Position numbers and translations under genes: made by a program. The notes below the pieces were generated by a model. That model made no database searches and was not told the DNA's origin. It worked only from the letters and a program-made list of their open reading frames with translations. A stretch of 64,000 nt of DNA from the human T2T-CHM13v2.0 reference genome, Homo sapiens, in the NCBI RefSeq assembly GCF_009914755.1, contig NC_060927.1; one strand, given 5' to 3'. The number at the start of each line of letters is the position of its first letter. The first letter of the stretch is position 1. Below, piece by piece: positions 13,370 to 29,522 of the stretch.

Positions 13370-15250
13370 GATGGGATCACAGAAGGCTCCAAAGAAGTGG
13401 CATTTGAACTGAGTCTTGAAAAAATGATGTCACTTGGCAGATAAGGGGAAAGCAAGTGTTCCATGTACCTAGGGGGAAGGATATGGTGCAAGGTGTCTGA
13501 TGTAATAGGCTGAGCTCATAGCCACAAAGAAATATCAGCAGGAGAAAAATAATCAGATAGGCCAGGTCATGGAGGTCTGAGATAATACTCCAAATGGCTG
13601 GGGCTTTTCCTACTGATAGCATGGAACCATTAACAATGTTGGAAAGGAGAATGTGACTGGGACATTTGTATTTTTTGAAAAAATAAATGAACAAGAAAAT
13701 TTCAGATGTTGAAAATGCTAGAAAGACAACAAAATCATTGTCTATTTTTACAATGCCTTATTGTATATTACTGAAATATGGGTGTGATATGTGACCTGGG
13801 GCATGAATGGGGAATAAATGTGTTTAGATGATGACCAGAGCAAGCCTCGTTGAGGAGATGAGGTTGAGCTGCAACATGGAAGAAGTGGATCCAGTAAGGC
13901 TGCAAAGAGGAACAAGTGCATGAGCCCTAATCTAGGACAGAGTTGGGCACACTGTGGGGTCAGAAAGATGGCCAGTGGGATTGGATTACAGCGAGAGAAG
14001 TGGGAGTGGGAAAGTGTTGGTCAGAGTTCACTCTGGGCCATTAACATCTTTTACATCAGGGTAAGAAATATGGATTTTTTTTTCCTAAATGCAGTGGGAA
14101 GCCTTTTTTGAGATTTTTTAAAAATATCTCTCCAGCAACTGAAAGGAAAGGGGATTGCAAATAGGCTGGAGAGATAGCGGGGCTGTCTTGAGGAAACTCT
14201 TAATCAGCCTTGAGATGAGAAGTGTTTGCCGAGGAGTTGGGAAGAACTAGATTCCACTGGGACGTATTTGGAGGAAGAGCCCAGACAACTCGTGAATGGT
14301 TGGTTGTGAGGGCCGAGGCAAAGGGAGGAGTCAAGTATTACTCCTCAGTTTTTACTTTATCAAGTAGAAGGAAGGTCCCACTTACTGAAATGGGAACAAG
14401 CAGGGTAGGAAGAAGTTCACAAAAGAACAGAGAGTCCTAATTACCCATGCTAAGTTTGAGTTTCCTGTCAACTGTCCAAAAAGAGATGTCAAGTAGACAG
14501 CTGAATATGAGAGTTTAGAGATGTCAGGGCTACAGACGTAAATTTGAGATATAAATTAATTACAATTAATGCCTTGGAACTTTATGTGATCATCTAGGAG
14601 GGAGTGAAGATAGAATAGAGTTGAACTCTAGGACTGAGCCATGGGGCATTTCAACCATCAGAGGATGAATAAACTGAAGGGGGGAACAAATGAAAGACCC
14701 TGACAAGAAGTCAGTACAGTGTATGGAAAATCAGAGAATGCAGCTTTAAAAAAATAAAAAATGAAGCACCCTTTCAAATGCTGCTTGAGAAGTCAAGTAA
14801 GAAGAGCACAGATCACTGACCATTGGATTTTTCCATGCAAAGGTCATGGTCACCTTGGCAAGAGCCCATTGTGAATATTTTTTTAAAAACACAATAAGAG
14901 AAAGGGTAACGAGTAATTCCTAAGAAGTTTTCCTTGAAGGAATCATAACAATAGAGTTGTAGATGAAGGGAAATTTGGGGACAAGGACTGTGGATTAAGA
15001 AGATTAACATTGGAACAGGTTTGTTTGTTGGTGGGAAAGCATCAAAACCAAAAAGATGGAACAAATTAACGGTGTAGGAAAGAGCATAGTTGCAGGACCA
15101 GCATCACTGAGAGGATGTGGGATCCACAGAACAAATAAACGGAGGAGTTTATCTTTTTTTAGACTGTACGCCCTAGAGTAGTTTCATCCAGAAAGGGTGT
15201 AAAGAGTGAGGTTACAGGTGCAAGTAAGTTGATTTAAGTAGGGCAGCTCA
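13370..15250 (-). mobile_element. L2 (several fragments)
   Basis: GGCATTTGAACTGAGTCTTGAA; AATGCAGTGGGAAGCC; CATGCTAAGTTTGAG..GAGATGTCAAGTAGACAGCTGAATATGAGAG; GAGAAGTCAAGTAAGA; boundaries approximate. Confidence 0.7.
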
Positions 15251-15292
15251 GTTTATATCCATTTTGTATATTGTTTTAAGATTGGGTGAGAA

Positions 15293-16004
15293 CAATGAGA
15301 TACCATCTCACACCAGTTAGAATGGCAATCATTAAAAAGTCAGGAAACAACAGGTGCTGGAGAGGATGTGGAGAAACAGGAACACTTTTACACTGTTGGT
15401 GAGACTGTAAACTAGTTCAACCATTGTGGAAGTCAGGGTGGCGTTTCCTCAGGGATCTAGAACTAGAAATACCATTTGACCCAGCCATCCCATTACTGGG
15501 TATATACCCAAAGGACTATAAATCATGCTGCTATAAAGACACATGCACACGTATGTTTATTGTGGCACTATTCACAATAGCAAAGACTTGGAACCAACCC
15601 AAATGTCCAACAACGATAGACTGGATTAAGAAAATGTGGCACATATACACCATGGAATACTATGCAGCCATAAAAAATGATAAGTTCATGTCCTTTTTAG
15701 GGACATGGATGAAATTGGAAATCATCATTCTCAGTAAACTATTGCAAGGACAGAAAACCAAACACCGCATGTTCTCACTCATAGGTGGGAATTGAACAAT
15801 GAGAAAACATGGACACAGGAAGGGGAACATCACACTCTGGGAACTGTTGTGGGGTGGGGGGAGGGGGGAGGGATAGCATTAGGAGATATACCTAATGCTA
15901 AATGACGAGTTAATGGGTTCAGCACACCAGCATGGCACATGTATACATATGTAACTAACCTGCACATTGTGCACATGTACCCTAAAACTTAAAGTATAAT
16001 AAAA
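15293..16004 (+). mobile_element. L1PA3-like 5'-truncated LINE-1 (~710 bp)
   Basis: ORF2 C-terminus ending ..MFSLIGGN*; 3'UTR TTAGGAGATATACCTAATGCTAAATGACGAG (GAG, not L1HS ACA); TSD AAGATTGGGTGAGAA (15278-15292)/AAAATTGGCTGAGAA (16005-16019). Confidence 0.95.
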
Positions 16005-16973
16005 AAAATTGGCTGAGAAAACACTTAAAAACTATATTCTTAAGTAGTAACAATTATTGGAAAGTTATCTTTTCCTTGCTTGAAATCAAAATTCACCTTC
16101 AACTTGCCGTTAACCTAAATTTGAACATACATCATAAAGCGTGCTCTGGATAACAAGAGACTATTACATCCTTCAGTGTGGACAGTAATTCTATTAATTC
16201 AACCCAAGAGACCTTTAAATATATGTGAATTCACAACAAATTATTTGGGGCTTGTTTAATATGGGCCAGATAAAATTTCAGATTTTTTATATGAGCAAAT
16301 GTCAATTTAAATGCCTTTATTTTGGGCTTAATTTATTGTGGGAGAAGATTATCTAAAGAAATTTATTTTTGTATCTGTTAATTTTTAGCTTGTAAATCTA
16401 TTTTATCTCAATGGTTTTTTTTCTAGCAGTAATGTAAAATTTTGCCTCATTTGTCCAAAATACTTTTAATTTTAATTTTTTAATTTGTGTCCTTTTAATT
16501 TTGTGTCACCCACAAATTGGATGACATCTGTCTTCTCAATCAGTGATCTCCAATCTATTAAGTCTCAAAAGAGGAAATGTTTGACTTATTTTTTTCTCTT
16601 AAGATATCTTTTATGGAACAATCCATTCAAAATTTTACTAATAATTAACATTGACTTTATTCTAGACCTTCTTAAGCCTACTCATTATATTATTTCTAAA
16701 TACTAGGACCGGTCTGCCCCTCTGTCCCTTGTTCCACACCCTAGTTCCACACCCACTCTTCCATATTACTAAAGTATTTTATTTATTGGACATATAGAAT
16801 TTTTTAAAAAAAAAATCTTGACTCCAAAATAAGTTTTCTCCATGGTAACACTGATTTGTTTAAATATCTCCCTCCTCTTTCAGTTTAATGTTTATGTAAT
16901 CAGATTTACTTCTGAGGAGACACTCAGAAATCTTCAAGCATAGTCTCTTAGACTGTGTCCAAAGGATCACATT

Positions 16974-17371
16974 TGATACGGTTTAGAGCTGCGTCCCCAC
17001 CCAAATCTCAGATTCAATTGTAATCCTCAGTGTTGGAGGTGGGGCCTAGTGGGAGATGATTGGATCATGGGGCTAGTTTCTAAAGGTTTAGCACCATCCT
17101 CTTCATGCTGTTCTTTGATGGTGAGTGAGTGAGTTATGAGATCTGGTTGTTTAAAAGTGTGTTGCACCTCCCTCCACCTTCTGCTCTGGGCCAGGTGAAG
17201 TGCCTGCTTTCCCTTTGCCATCCACCATGATTGTAAGTTTCCTGCAGCCTCCCTAGAAGCAGAAGCCCCTCTGCTTCCGATACAGCCTACAGAACTATGA
17301 GCCAATTATTTCTTTATAAATTACCCAATCTCAAGTATTTCTTTATAACAGTGTGAGAATGGACTAATACA
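16974..17371 (+). mobile_element. MSTA-like MaLR solo LTR
   Basis: TGATACGGTTT..CCCCACCCAAATCTCA..GGACTAATACA; perfect 5-bp TSD ACATT. Confidence 0.9.
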
Positions 17372-17685
17372 ACATTTATACTTCCTATTTCCTATACAAT
17401 GTAGTGGTGCATATATGAGATCAAGTATTGACTAGCTGCCTGAATAGCTTATTATTCTCTTATCTCACTGTTGCTGATTTCAGAACATGTTGGCTCCTCC
17501 TTCTAAAGTTCCAGCTCAGCTTTTCATTCTTCCATGAGATCAGATTTAATTGTTTCTTCCATTATTTTATATCATCTGCTCCTGAGCAATGGAGTATCAG
17601 TTCACTTTGCCTTTCAGGGATATCAAGGCAACGCCACATATATTAGGGGTTTGATACTGTAGTACTTATTTGTAGGAATGCTTTC

Positions 17686-18080
17686 TGTATTGGTCATTTT
17701 AATCTAAATTGTGGTATGGCAGCAATTCTTGAAATCTCAGTGGCTTAACACAACAACAGCTTATTTCTTAAGAAAAGTCCACTGTGAGTTCAGCAGCTCT
17801 CCAGGGCATCTGTCTCCCATGCAGTAATTCATGAAATCCAACAGCTTCCATCTCATGACACCACCATGTCAACATATAACACCAGGATCACTGCAGAAGG
17901 ATAGTGGCTGGAAAGTTACACATTAACTCTTAAATGCTCCAGACTGCAAATGATATACATCGTTCATTCTCATAGCTTATTGGCCGGAACTACTAGGTAT
18001 ATGGCCCTATATAACGGCAAGGGGGCCTAGAAATGTGGGAGAGCACATGAGTATTTGCTGAGGAATAAATATCTCTACCA
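17686..18080 (-). mobile_element. old MaLR LTR (MLT1 J/K/L class)
   Basis: AAATCTCAGTGGCTTAACACAACAA..TTATTTCT; GGCAAGGGGGCCTAGAAATGTGGGAGAGCACATG. Confidence 0.6.
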
Positions 18081-18519
18081 ACCTTACCCATGAGGGAACC
18101 CTTAATCTGTTCTCCATTTCTATAATCTTTGTCATTTCAAGACTATCATGTAAGTAGAATTATACTGTATATGACCTTTCAAGATTGGCTTTTCTTACCC
18201 ATCATAATTTTCTAAAGATTCATCCAGGTTGTTGCATGGATCAGGAGTTCATCCCTTTCCATTGCTGAGTGGCATTCCATGGTTTGGACGAAACAAAATT
18301 TGTTTAACCATTCACTCATTGAAGGATATATGGGTTGTTTCCAGTTTTTGTCTATTATGAATAAAACTGCTTTAAACATCTACATACAGGTTTTTGTGTG
18401 AACATATGTCTTTTTCTATATTAAATGCCTAAGAGTGCCATTACTGTGTCATATGGTAGTTAAATATTTCATTTTTAAAGAAATCGCCAAGCTTTTTCCA
18501 GAGTGACTTTATCATTTTT

Positions 18520-18645
18520 AATTATTTATTTATTTTATGATTTTATTTATTTTATTGATATAAAATAGATGTATATATTTTTAGAATACAGGCAATAATT
18601 TGATACATTCATGTAATCAAACCAGGATACTTGGGATATCCATCC
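18520..18645 (-). mobile_element. short L1MA 3' tip with T-rich tail nested in the L1MC
   Basis: (TTTAT)n then TTGATATAAAATAGATGTATATATTTT..TTGGGATATCCATC; host sequence resumes CCTACTAGCAATG. Confidence 0.6.
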
Positions 18646-21583
18646 TACTAGCAATGTACGAGTGATCCAGTTTCTTCACATCCTCGCCAAGATGTGGTGG
18701 TGTCACTGTGCTTTAATTATGCCATTCTGATAGGTGTGTGGTGATATTTCATCATGGTTTTCAATTGCACTTTCCTAGTGGCTAATGATGTTGAGCATTT
18801 CTTCATGTGCTTATGTGCCATCTACATACTCTTTGGTGAAATGTCTCTTATATCTTTTATCCATTTTCTAATTGGATTGTTTGAGGGTATTTTCTGTTGG
18901 GTTTTAAGAGTTTTTGATATACGTTAAGTGTCAGTCCTTTGTCAGATCTGTGATTTGCAAATATTTTCTCCTAGTCTGTAGCTTGTCTTTTCCTCCTCTT
19001 AACAGGGTCTTTTTCAGAGTTAATACTTTTTAGTTAGATAAGGTACAATTAATTCATCAAGTTTTTCTTTCTGTAAATCATACTTTTGCTATCAAGTATA
19101 ACACTTTTTGCCTTGTCCTAGATCCCAAAGATTTTCTGTTTTTTTCTAAACGTTTTATAGTTTTATACTTAAGTCTGTGCTCCATTTTGAGTTAATTTTT
19201 TATAAATTGTAAATCTTAGATCGAGGTTTATTTTTTTCACTTATGGAAGTGCCTTTGCTCCAATACCATTTGTTGAAAAGGCTATCTTTCCTTCAGTGGA
19301 TTGTTTTTGTACCTTTGTCAAAAATCAGTTGGTGGATTACCCAGACTAGAAGCTCCAATACTGTGCTGAACAGAAGTGAGGAGAGCAGACATCCCTGTCT
19401 TCTTTCTGGTCATAGGGCAAAGAGGTTAGTCTTTCACTATTATGAAGTTAGCTCAAGGTATTTTATAGGTGCTCTTTATCAAGTTAAGATCTAGTCTATT
19501 TCAGTTTTTCTGAGGGTTTTTATCAGAAATGGATATTGAATTTTGTCAAATGCTTTTTCTGCATTGATTGATGTGATTATGTGAATTTTCTTCTTTAGCC
19601 TGTTAATCTGGTAGATTACATTGATTTTTCAAACATTAAATCAGTCCTGCAGCCCTGGAATAAACCTTAGTTGGTCACAGTATATAATTCTTTGATATAT
19701 TGCTGAATTATGTTTACTAATATTTTGATTAAAATGTTTGCATTTATATTCATGTTATTTTCTAGTTTTTGTTTTCTATTTTTTGAGGGTTATGTGTGTG
19801 CTATCTTTGATTTTATTATCAGAATAATATCAGCTTCATAAAATGAATAGGAAATTATTCCCTAGTCTTCTACTGTCTAGAAGAGATTGTGTACAACTGG
19901 GATTAATTCTTTTTTAAATATTTGGTAAAATTCTTCAGTGAAACCATCTGAAATTGGAGGGCATTTTATGGGGCGGTTTTTCAATTACAAATGCATCTTC
20001 CTTAAAGATTATAGAGCCATTTTAATTATTTCATATTGGGTAAGTTATAGTAGTTTGTGTTTTTCAAAGAATTGGTCCATTTCTTTTAAGTTGTCAAATT
20101 TACGTGTGTGGAGTTGTTTGCAGTATTCTCTTATTGCACTTTTGATATCTACAAGGTCTATATTGATATCCTCTGCTTCATTTTTTTTTTGTAAAAAATG
20201 AAGTAATTTTTGACGTCTCCCTTTTTGTTTGTCTCTGTCTTGCTATAAGTTTGCCAGTGATCATTTCCATCAACCAGCTCATTGTTCTATTAATTACTTC
20301 TGTTGTTTTTCTGTGTCAAAATAATTGATTTCTGCACTTATCTTCATTATTTCCCTCTTTCTCTTTGCCTTCAGTCTATTTTGCTTATCTAGGTTCTTGT
20401 AGTGGGAGTTTTGATTATTGATTTGAACTATTTCTCTCTCCTTTGATTTGAACTATTTCTGTCTCCTTTTTTAATGCTTCTTTTCTTAGATTATTGATTT
20501 GACATTTTTCCTCTTTTCTAGCATTTAGTGCTAGAAATTCCCCTTTTCTACACTGCTTTAGCTTCTCTGTATGATTTCAATTCTTTACATTTGTTGGGGC
20601 TTGTTTTATGGCCCAGGATATTATCCATTTTGGCATATCTTCCATATCCTCGGCCTTTGTTGATGCCAGGGGCACTTAAAAAAGATGTGTATGCTACCAT
20701 TGTTTGGCTGAGGGCCTTACAAATATCCATAGGGATTTTTTGACAGATGGTATTGAGTTTTTTTAATATATCCTTACTGTTTTCTCTGTAGTTTTTAATC
20801 AGTTGTTGAGAGTAGGGTATGGAGGTCTCCAGTTATAATCTGGGATTTCTCTATTTCTCCTTCTAGTTCTATCAATCTTTCCTTCACATATTTTTTAGCT
20901 CTGTTGCCTGGTGCATATACCTTAGTGGACTAAGACTTTTATCACCATGTAATGTCTCTATCTCTGGTGATATTCTTGGATCTGAGGTCTACTTATCTGA
21001 TATTAACATAGCCATTCCTGCTTTCTTTAATTAATGTTTGCATAATACATCTTTTTCTATCTTCTTACTTTCCACCTGCATACATCTTATTTGAAGTAAG
21101 TTTTACTTGAAGTAAGTTTGTTTTTTAATCTATTTTGTCTTTTAATGTATATATTTAAACCATATACATTTAAATAATTATTGACATGTTAAGACTTATG
21201 TCTGTCATTTTAATTTTTGTTTTCTCTCTGCTTTTTATTCCTCTGTTTTCTTTTTCCTGCCTTCCTATGGGTTACCTGAACATTTTTTAGATCCCATTTT
21301 TGTTCATATATAGTGTTTTTGAGGATATCTCTATGTTTAGCTTTTTATGTTGTTGCTCTAGATAGAGACCTTTACATTCCATTACTGTCCTCATTTATAA
21401 TGTAGTTGTATTAAATATTTCCTCTAATGCATTTAGAACCAAATCTGACAATGTTATGATTTTTACTTCAACTATCAAAAATAGCTTAGAAAATCGAAGA
21501 GAAGAAAAGCCTATTGTATTTACCCATATTTTTGCTAATCATGTTCTTTCTTCCTCCTTGTTCCAAGTTTCCTTCTTTTAACT

Positions 21584-21597
21584 TTGTGTGTGTGTGT

Positions 21598-21633
<36 letters not shown>
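21584..21633 (+). repeat. (TG)n microsatellite with one interruption
   Basis: directly visible. Confidence 0.95.
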
Positions 21634-21635
<2 letters not shown>

Positions 21636-21907
21636 AGAGAACTTCCTTTAGCCATTCTTTTAAATGAGATCTGCTGGAAACAAATTCTTAGTTTTCCTTT
21701 ATCTAAGATTGTTCTACAGGTCCCTGAGAGATGCTTTCAGATCTTTTCAGTCTATTTTCTCTCTGTTGTTCAGATTGGATAATTTCTATTGTTATTTTTT
21801 CACAACACATTGATTATGTTCTCTTCCCTCCATTCTGCTGTTGTGTCCACACACCAATCTTTTTATTTTGATTATCATATTTTTTTAGTTCTAAAATTTC
21901 TACCTGG

Positions 21908-22198
21908 GGCCAGGCCTGGTTGCTTACGCCTGTAATCATAGCACTTTGGGAGGCTGAGGTGGGCAGATTGCTTGAGCTCAGGAGTTTCAGACCAGCCTGG
22001 GCAACATGGTGAAACCCCATCTCTACAAAAAAAAATACAAAAATCAGCCTGGCATGATGGCTTGTGCCTGCAGTCTCAGCTACTTGAGGGGTGAGTTGGA
22101 AAAGATGGTGTGAACCTGGGAGGTTGAGGCTGCAGTGAGCTGAGATCACGCCACTGTACTCCAGCCTGGGTGACACAGTGATACCCTGGCTCAAAAAA
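21908..22198 (+). mobile_element. AluJb
   Basis: dimeric Alu, GATTGCTTGAGCTCAGGAG; degenerate TSD TAAAATTTCTACCTGG/TAAAATTTCCACTCAG. Confidence 0.93.
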
Positions 22199-22557
22199 TA
22201 AAATTTCCACTCAGTTCTGTTTTATATCTCCTATTTCTTCATTGAGACTTCATTGAGATTTTTTTCATTCAGACATTCTCTTTTTCCTTTGTTTCAAGCA
22301 GATTTGTAATTTTTTTATTCAGCATATTTAGCATGGCTGTTTTAAAATCTTCAATAATTCTAATGTCTCTGTCATCTTGGTGCTGGTATCTGTTGATTGT
22401 CTTCTTTCAGTCAGACTTAGATCTTACTGGTTCTTAGTATTATAGATGTTTTCAGTTGAAATCTAGACATTTTTGTTTTATATTACGAGATTTTATTTAA
22501 ACCTCTGTTTTAGCTGAATTTTTCTTTTTTTTTTATTTGCAACTAAAGACACTACAT

Positions 22558-22563
22558 TTTATT
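22558..22563 (-). terminator. AATAAA polyadenylation signal of the read-through L1 transcript
   Basis: 23 nt from the poly-T tract ending at 22534. Confidence 0.7.
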
Positions 22564-23312
22564 TCATCATCAGTGAAACTTATTTCATTGATTATGTCAT
22601 AATTCTATTATAATCAATACCATTATATCATAATCAATGTTTTACTCTACAAGGAATTTATACGGAAAAGTGATAGGAAGTTCTGTTTATATTTTTGTAA
22701 TAATTATTTTGCATTGCAATAAAATCAATATCTTAAAAATTCATATAAATTACTTTTTGAACAGTCCTTGTAGAGTATATTTATGTTTAGAATCAGTATG
22801 CTGCTATACAACAGTATTCCACTTAGAGTTTTTTAAATGTGAGAATTGGTGTTGTCTATTTTGAGACTATAAATTAAATGACCATTGCTGACTTAGAAGT
22901 ATTTCTCTCTTTATAGAAAAAAAATCTCTTCAATCATCAAAATATCCCTGATGCTTTTATGATTAATTAATTTGGTAGAGGAGGATAGCAAAGAAACATT
23001 AAGCTTAGTGGTCAATGAAGATTAGTGAGAAATTGATACAACACGGAAGAAACATTGACAACAATGGAAGAAAACAGACTTAATTGAACAACTTTATTCG
23101 ATGCACAACTTTTCAGGAACACATCTGTTCTATAAAGAGGAATACACTTGTTGCACAGGTGTTTATGAATGTTATTTTAAATAAACTCTCAATGACATCA
23201 CTTTGATTAAAATGTAACCTCCTGACTAAATACCTCACAGCAGCATGGTTTCCAATGACAGTCAAGGGTATTTAAATGCCTCCACTTATACTCCACCTTG
23301 TCATAAGATGTC

Positions 23313-23669
23313 TGATATGGTTTGGCTCTGTGTCCCCACCCAAATCTCATCTTGTAGCCTCCCACATATTGTGGTAGGGACCCGGTGGGAGATGATTGAA
23401 TCATGGGGGTGGGTCTATCCCATGCTGTTCTCCTGATAGTGAAACAGTCTCACAAGGGCTATTGGTTTTAAAAATGAGAATTTCTCTGCACAAGCTCTTT
23501 TTCCCTGCCACCATCCACATAAGATGTGACTTGCTCCTCCTTGCCTTCCACCATGATCGTGAGGCTTCCACAGCCACGTGAAACTATAAGTTCAATTAAA
23601 CCTCTTTCTTTTGTAAATTGCCCAGTATCAGGTATGTTTTTATCAGCAGCATGAAAATGTACTAATATA
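23313..23669 (+). mobile_element. THE1C-like solo LTR inside the transduced segment
   Basis: TGATATGGTTTGGCTCTGTGTCCCCACCCAAATCTCATCTTGTAGC..ACTAATATA; TSD ATGTC/ATGGC. Confidence 0.9.
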
Positions 23670-24104
23670 ATGGCCCTTTCTTGGTTTTGCTTGTCCTTTA
23701 ATATTGAATTACCTTATCTTCCTTCCTCTCATGCTCTACCCAAGGTGAATCAGTTCATGCGTCCCATCTGTCTTCAGAGGGGGCTTTTTGACTTTTGCAA
23801 TTTATTTACCTGGTTACCCTGTAACCTAACCTCTCTGATGGGTTCCAGAAAAGTTAGAATTTTGTAGCTTATCCAGCTTTTTCTTTTTTTTTTTTTTTTA
23901 ATTGTACTTGAAGTTTTAGGGTACATGTGCACAATGTGCAGGTTTGTTACATATGTATACATGTGCCATGCTGGGGTGCTGCACCCATTAACTCGTCATC
24001 TACATTAGGTATATCTCCTAATGCTATCCCTCCCCCCTCCCCCCACCCCACAACAGGCCCCGGGTTTTGATGTTCCCCTTCCTGTGTCCAAGCGTTCTCC
24101 TTGT

Positions 24105-27963
<3,859 letters not shown>

Positions 27964-28011
27964 TTATTTTGCTCGTTAGTTGATGCAGTTTCTTCCTAGC
28001 CTCAATGGTCT

Positions 28012-29024
28012 TTACAATTTGGCATGTTTTTGCAGTGGCTGGTACCGGTTGTTCCTTTCCATGTTTAGTGCTTCCTTCAGGAGCTCTTTTAGGGCAGGCC
28101 TGGTGGTGACAAAATCAGCATTTGCTTGTCTGTAAAGGATTTTATTTCTTCCTCATTTATGAAGCTTAGTTTGGCTGGATATGAAATTCTAGGTTGAAAA
28201 TTCTTTTCTTTAAGAATGTTGAATATTGGCCCCCACTCTCTTCTGGCTTGTAGAGTTTCTGCTTTGAGATCAGCTGTTAGTCTGATGGGCTTCCCTTTGT
28301 GGGTAACCCGACCTTTCTCTTTGGCTGCCCTTAACATTTTTTCCCTCGTTTCAACTTTGGTGAGTCTGATAATTATTTGTCTTGGAGTTGCTCTGCTCGA
28401 GGAGTATCTTTGTGGCATTCTCTGTATTTCCTGAATTTGAATGTTGGCCTGCCTTTCTAGATTGGGGAAGTTCTTCTGGAAAATATCCTTCAGAGTGTTT
28501 TCCAACTGGGTTCCATTCTCCCCATCACTTTCAGATACACCAATCAGACGTAGATTTGGTCTTTTCACATAGTCCCATATTTCTTGGATGCTTTATTCGT
28601 TCCTTTTTATTCTTTTTTCTCTAAACTTCTCTTCTCACTTCATTTCATTCATTTGATCTTCCATCACTGATACCCTTTCTTCCAGTTGATCGAATCGGCT
28701 ACTGAGGCTTGTGCATTTGTCACGCAGTTCTTGTGCCATGGTTTTCAGCTCCATCAGGTACTTTAAGGACTTCTCTGCATTGGTTATTCTAGTTAGTCAT
28801 TCGTCTAATCTTTTTTCAAAGTTTTTAACTTCTTTGCCATGGGTTCGAACTTCCTCCTTTAGCTCGGAGAAGTTTGATCGTCTGAAGCCTTTTTCTCTCA
28901 ACTCGTCAAAGTCATTCTCCATCCATCTTTGTTCTGTTGCTGGTGAGGAGCTGCGTTCCTTTGGAGGAGGAAAGGCACTCTGATTTTTAGAATTTTCCCT
29001 TTTTCTGCTCTGTTTTTTCCCCAT
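28012..29024 (-). pseudogene. L1 ORF1 (RNA-binding protein), disrupted
   Basis: MGKKQSRK.. start at 29024; premature stop at 28797; KRPNLRLIGV..ARREWG..YPAKLSF in a downstream ORF; frameshift near 28115. Confidence 0.95.
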
Positions 29025-29502
29025 CTTTATGGTTTTATCCACCTTTGGTCTTTGATGATGGTGACGTACAGATGGGGTTTTGGTGTGGATGTCCTTTCTG
29101 TTAGTTTTCCTTCTAATGGCCAGGACCCTCAGCTGCAGGTCTGTTGGAGTTCACCGGAGGTCCACTCCAGACCCTGTTTGCCTGGGAATCAGCAGCGGAG
29201 GCTGCAGAACAGCGAATATTGGTGAACAGCAAACATTGCTGCCTGATCGTTCCTCTGGAAGTTTTGTCTCAGAGGGGTACCCAGCCATGTGATGAGTCAG
29301 TCTGCCCCTACTGGGGGATGCCTCCCAGTTAGGCTACTTGGGGGTCAGGGACGCACTTGAGGAGGCACTCTGTCCATTCTCAGATCTCAAGCTGCATGCT
29401 GGGAGAACCACTACTGTCTTCCAATCTTAGTTGGAAATGCAGAAATCATCCATCTTCTGCGTCACTCACTCTGGGAGCTGTAGACTGGAGCTGTTCCTAA
29501 TT

Positions 29503-29511
29503 GGCCATCTT
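29503..29511 (-). promoter_or_regulatory. YY1 site of the L1 5'UTR (AAGATGGCC)
   Basis: GGCCATCTT on +, at about +12..+20 of the L1. Confidence 0.75.
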
Positions 29512-29522
29512 GGAATGGCCCC

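Larger units (their letters stand above)
18095..22524 (-). mobile_element. L1MC/L1MD-type old LINE-1 (3' part); host of AluJb, an L1MA fragment and the 7-kb L1PA insertion
   Basis: AATCTGTTCTCCATTTCTATAAT..TTGTCATTTCAAGA 3'UTR followed by degenerate antisense ORF2; continues at 29523. Confidence 0.8.
22525..23883 (-). other. L1-mediated 3' transduction with its own poly(A) tail and signal
   Basis: poly-T 22525-22534 abutting the TSD copy at 22510-22524; TTTATT (AATAAA on minus) at 22558-22563; matching TSD at 29523-29537. Confidence 0.85.

Noticed and set aside
12570-13412. Back-to-back 140-aa and 139-aa ORFs in one frame, suggesting read-through
   Set aside because: They cross L2, an A-rich run, MER6A and (CA)n; low-complexity translations and non-ATG starts indicate chance.
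20418-20467. 25-bp tandem duplication (similar short ones at ~21090 and 48875-48909)
   Set aside because: Ordinary two-copy slippage duplications; no spacers or array structure, so not CRISPR-like.
21814-22194. 126-aa ORF (and similar at 59590-59880, 52802-53131)
   Set aside because: Alu-derived translations, a known artefact.
22900-23160. Possible old Tigger-like fragment in the transduced DNA
   Set aside because: Only a short terminal resemblance (CAACTTTTCAGGAACAC); cannot be supported without an HMM search.
23860-23883. TSD immediately beside the L1 poly-T
   Set aside because: TAGCTTATCCAGCTTTTTC does not match the 5' flank at 29523; the 14/15 match is at 22510-22524.
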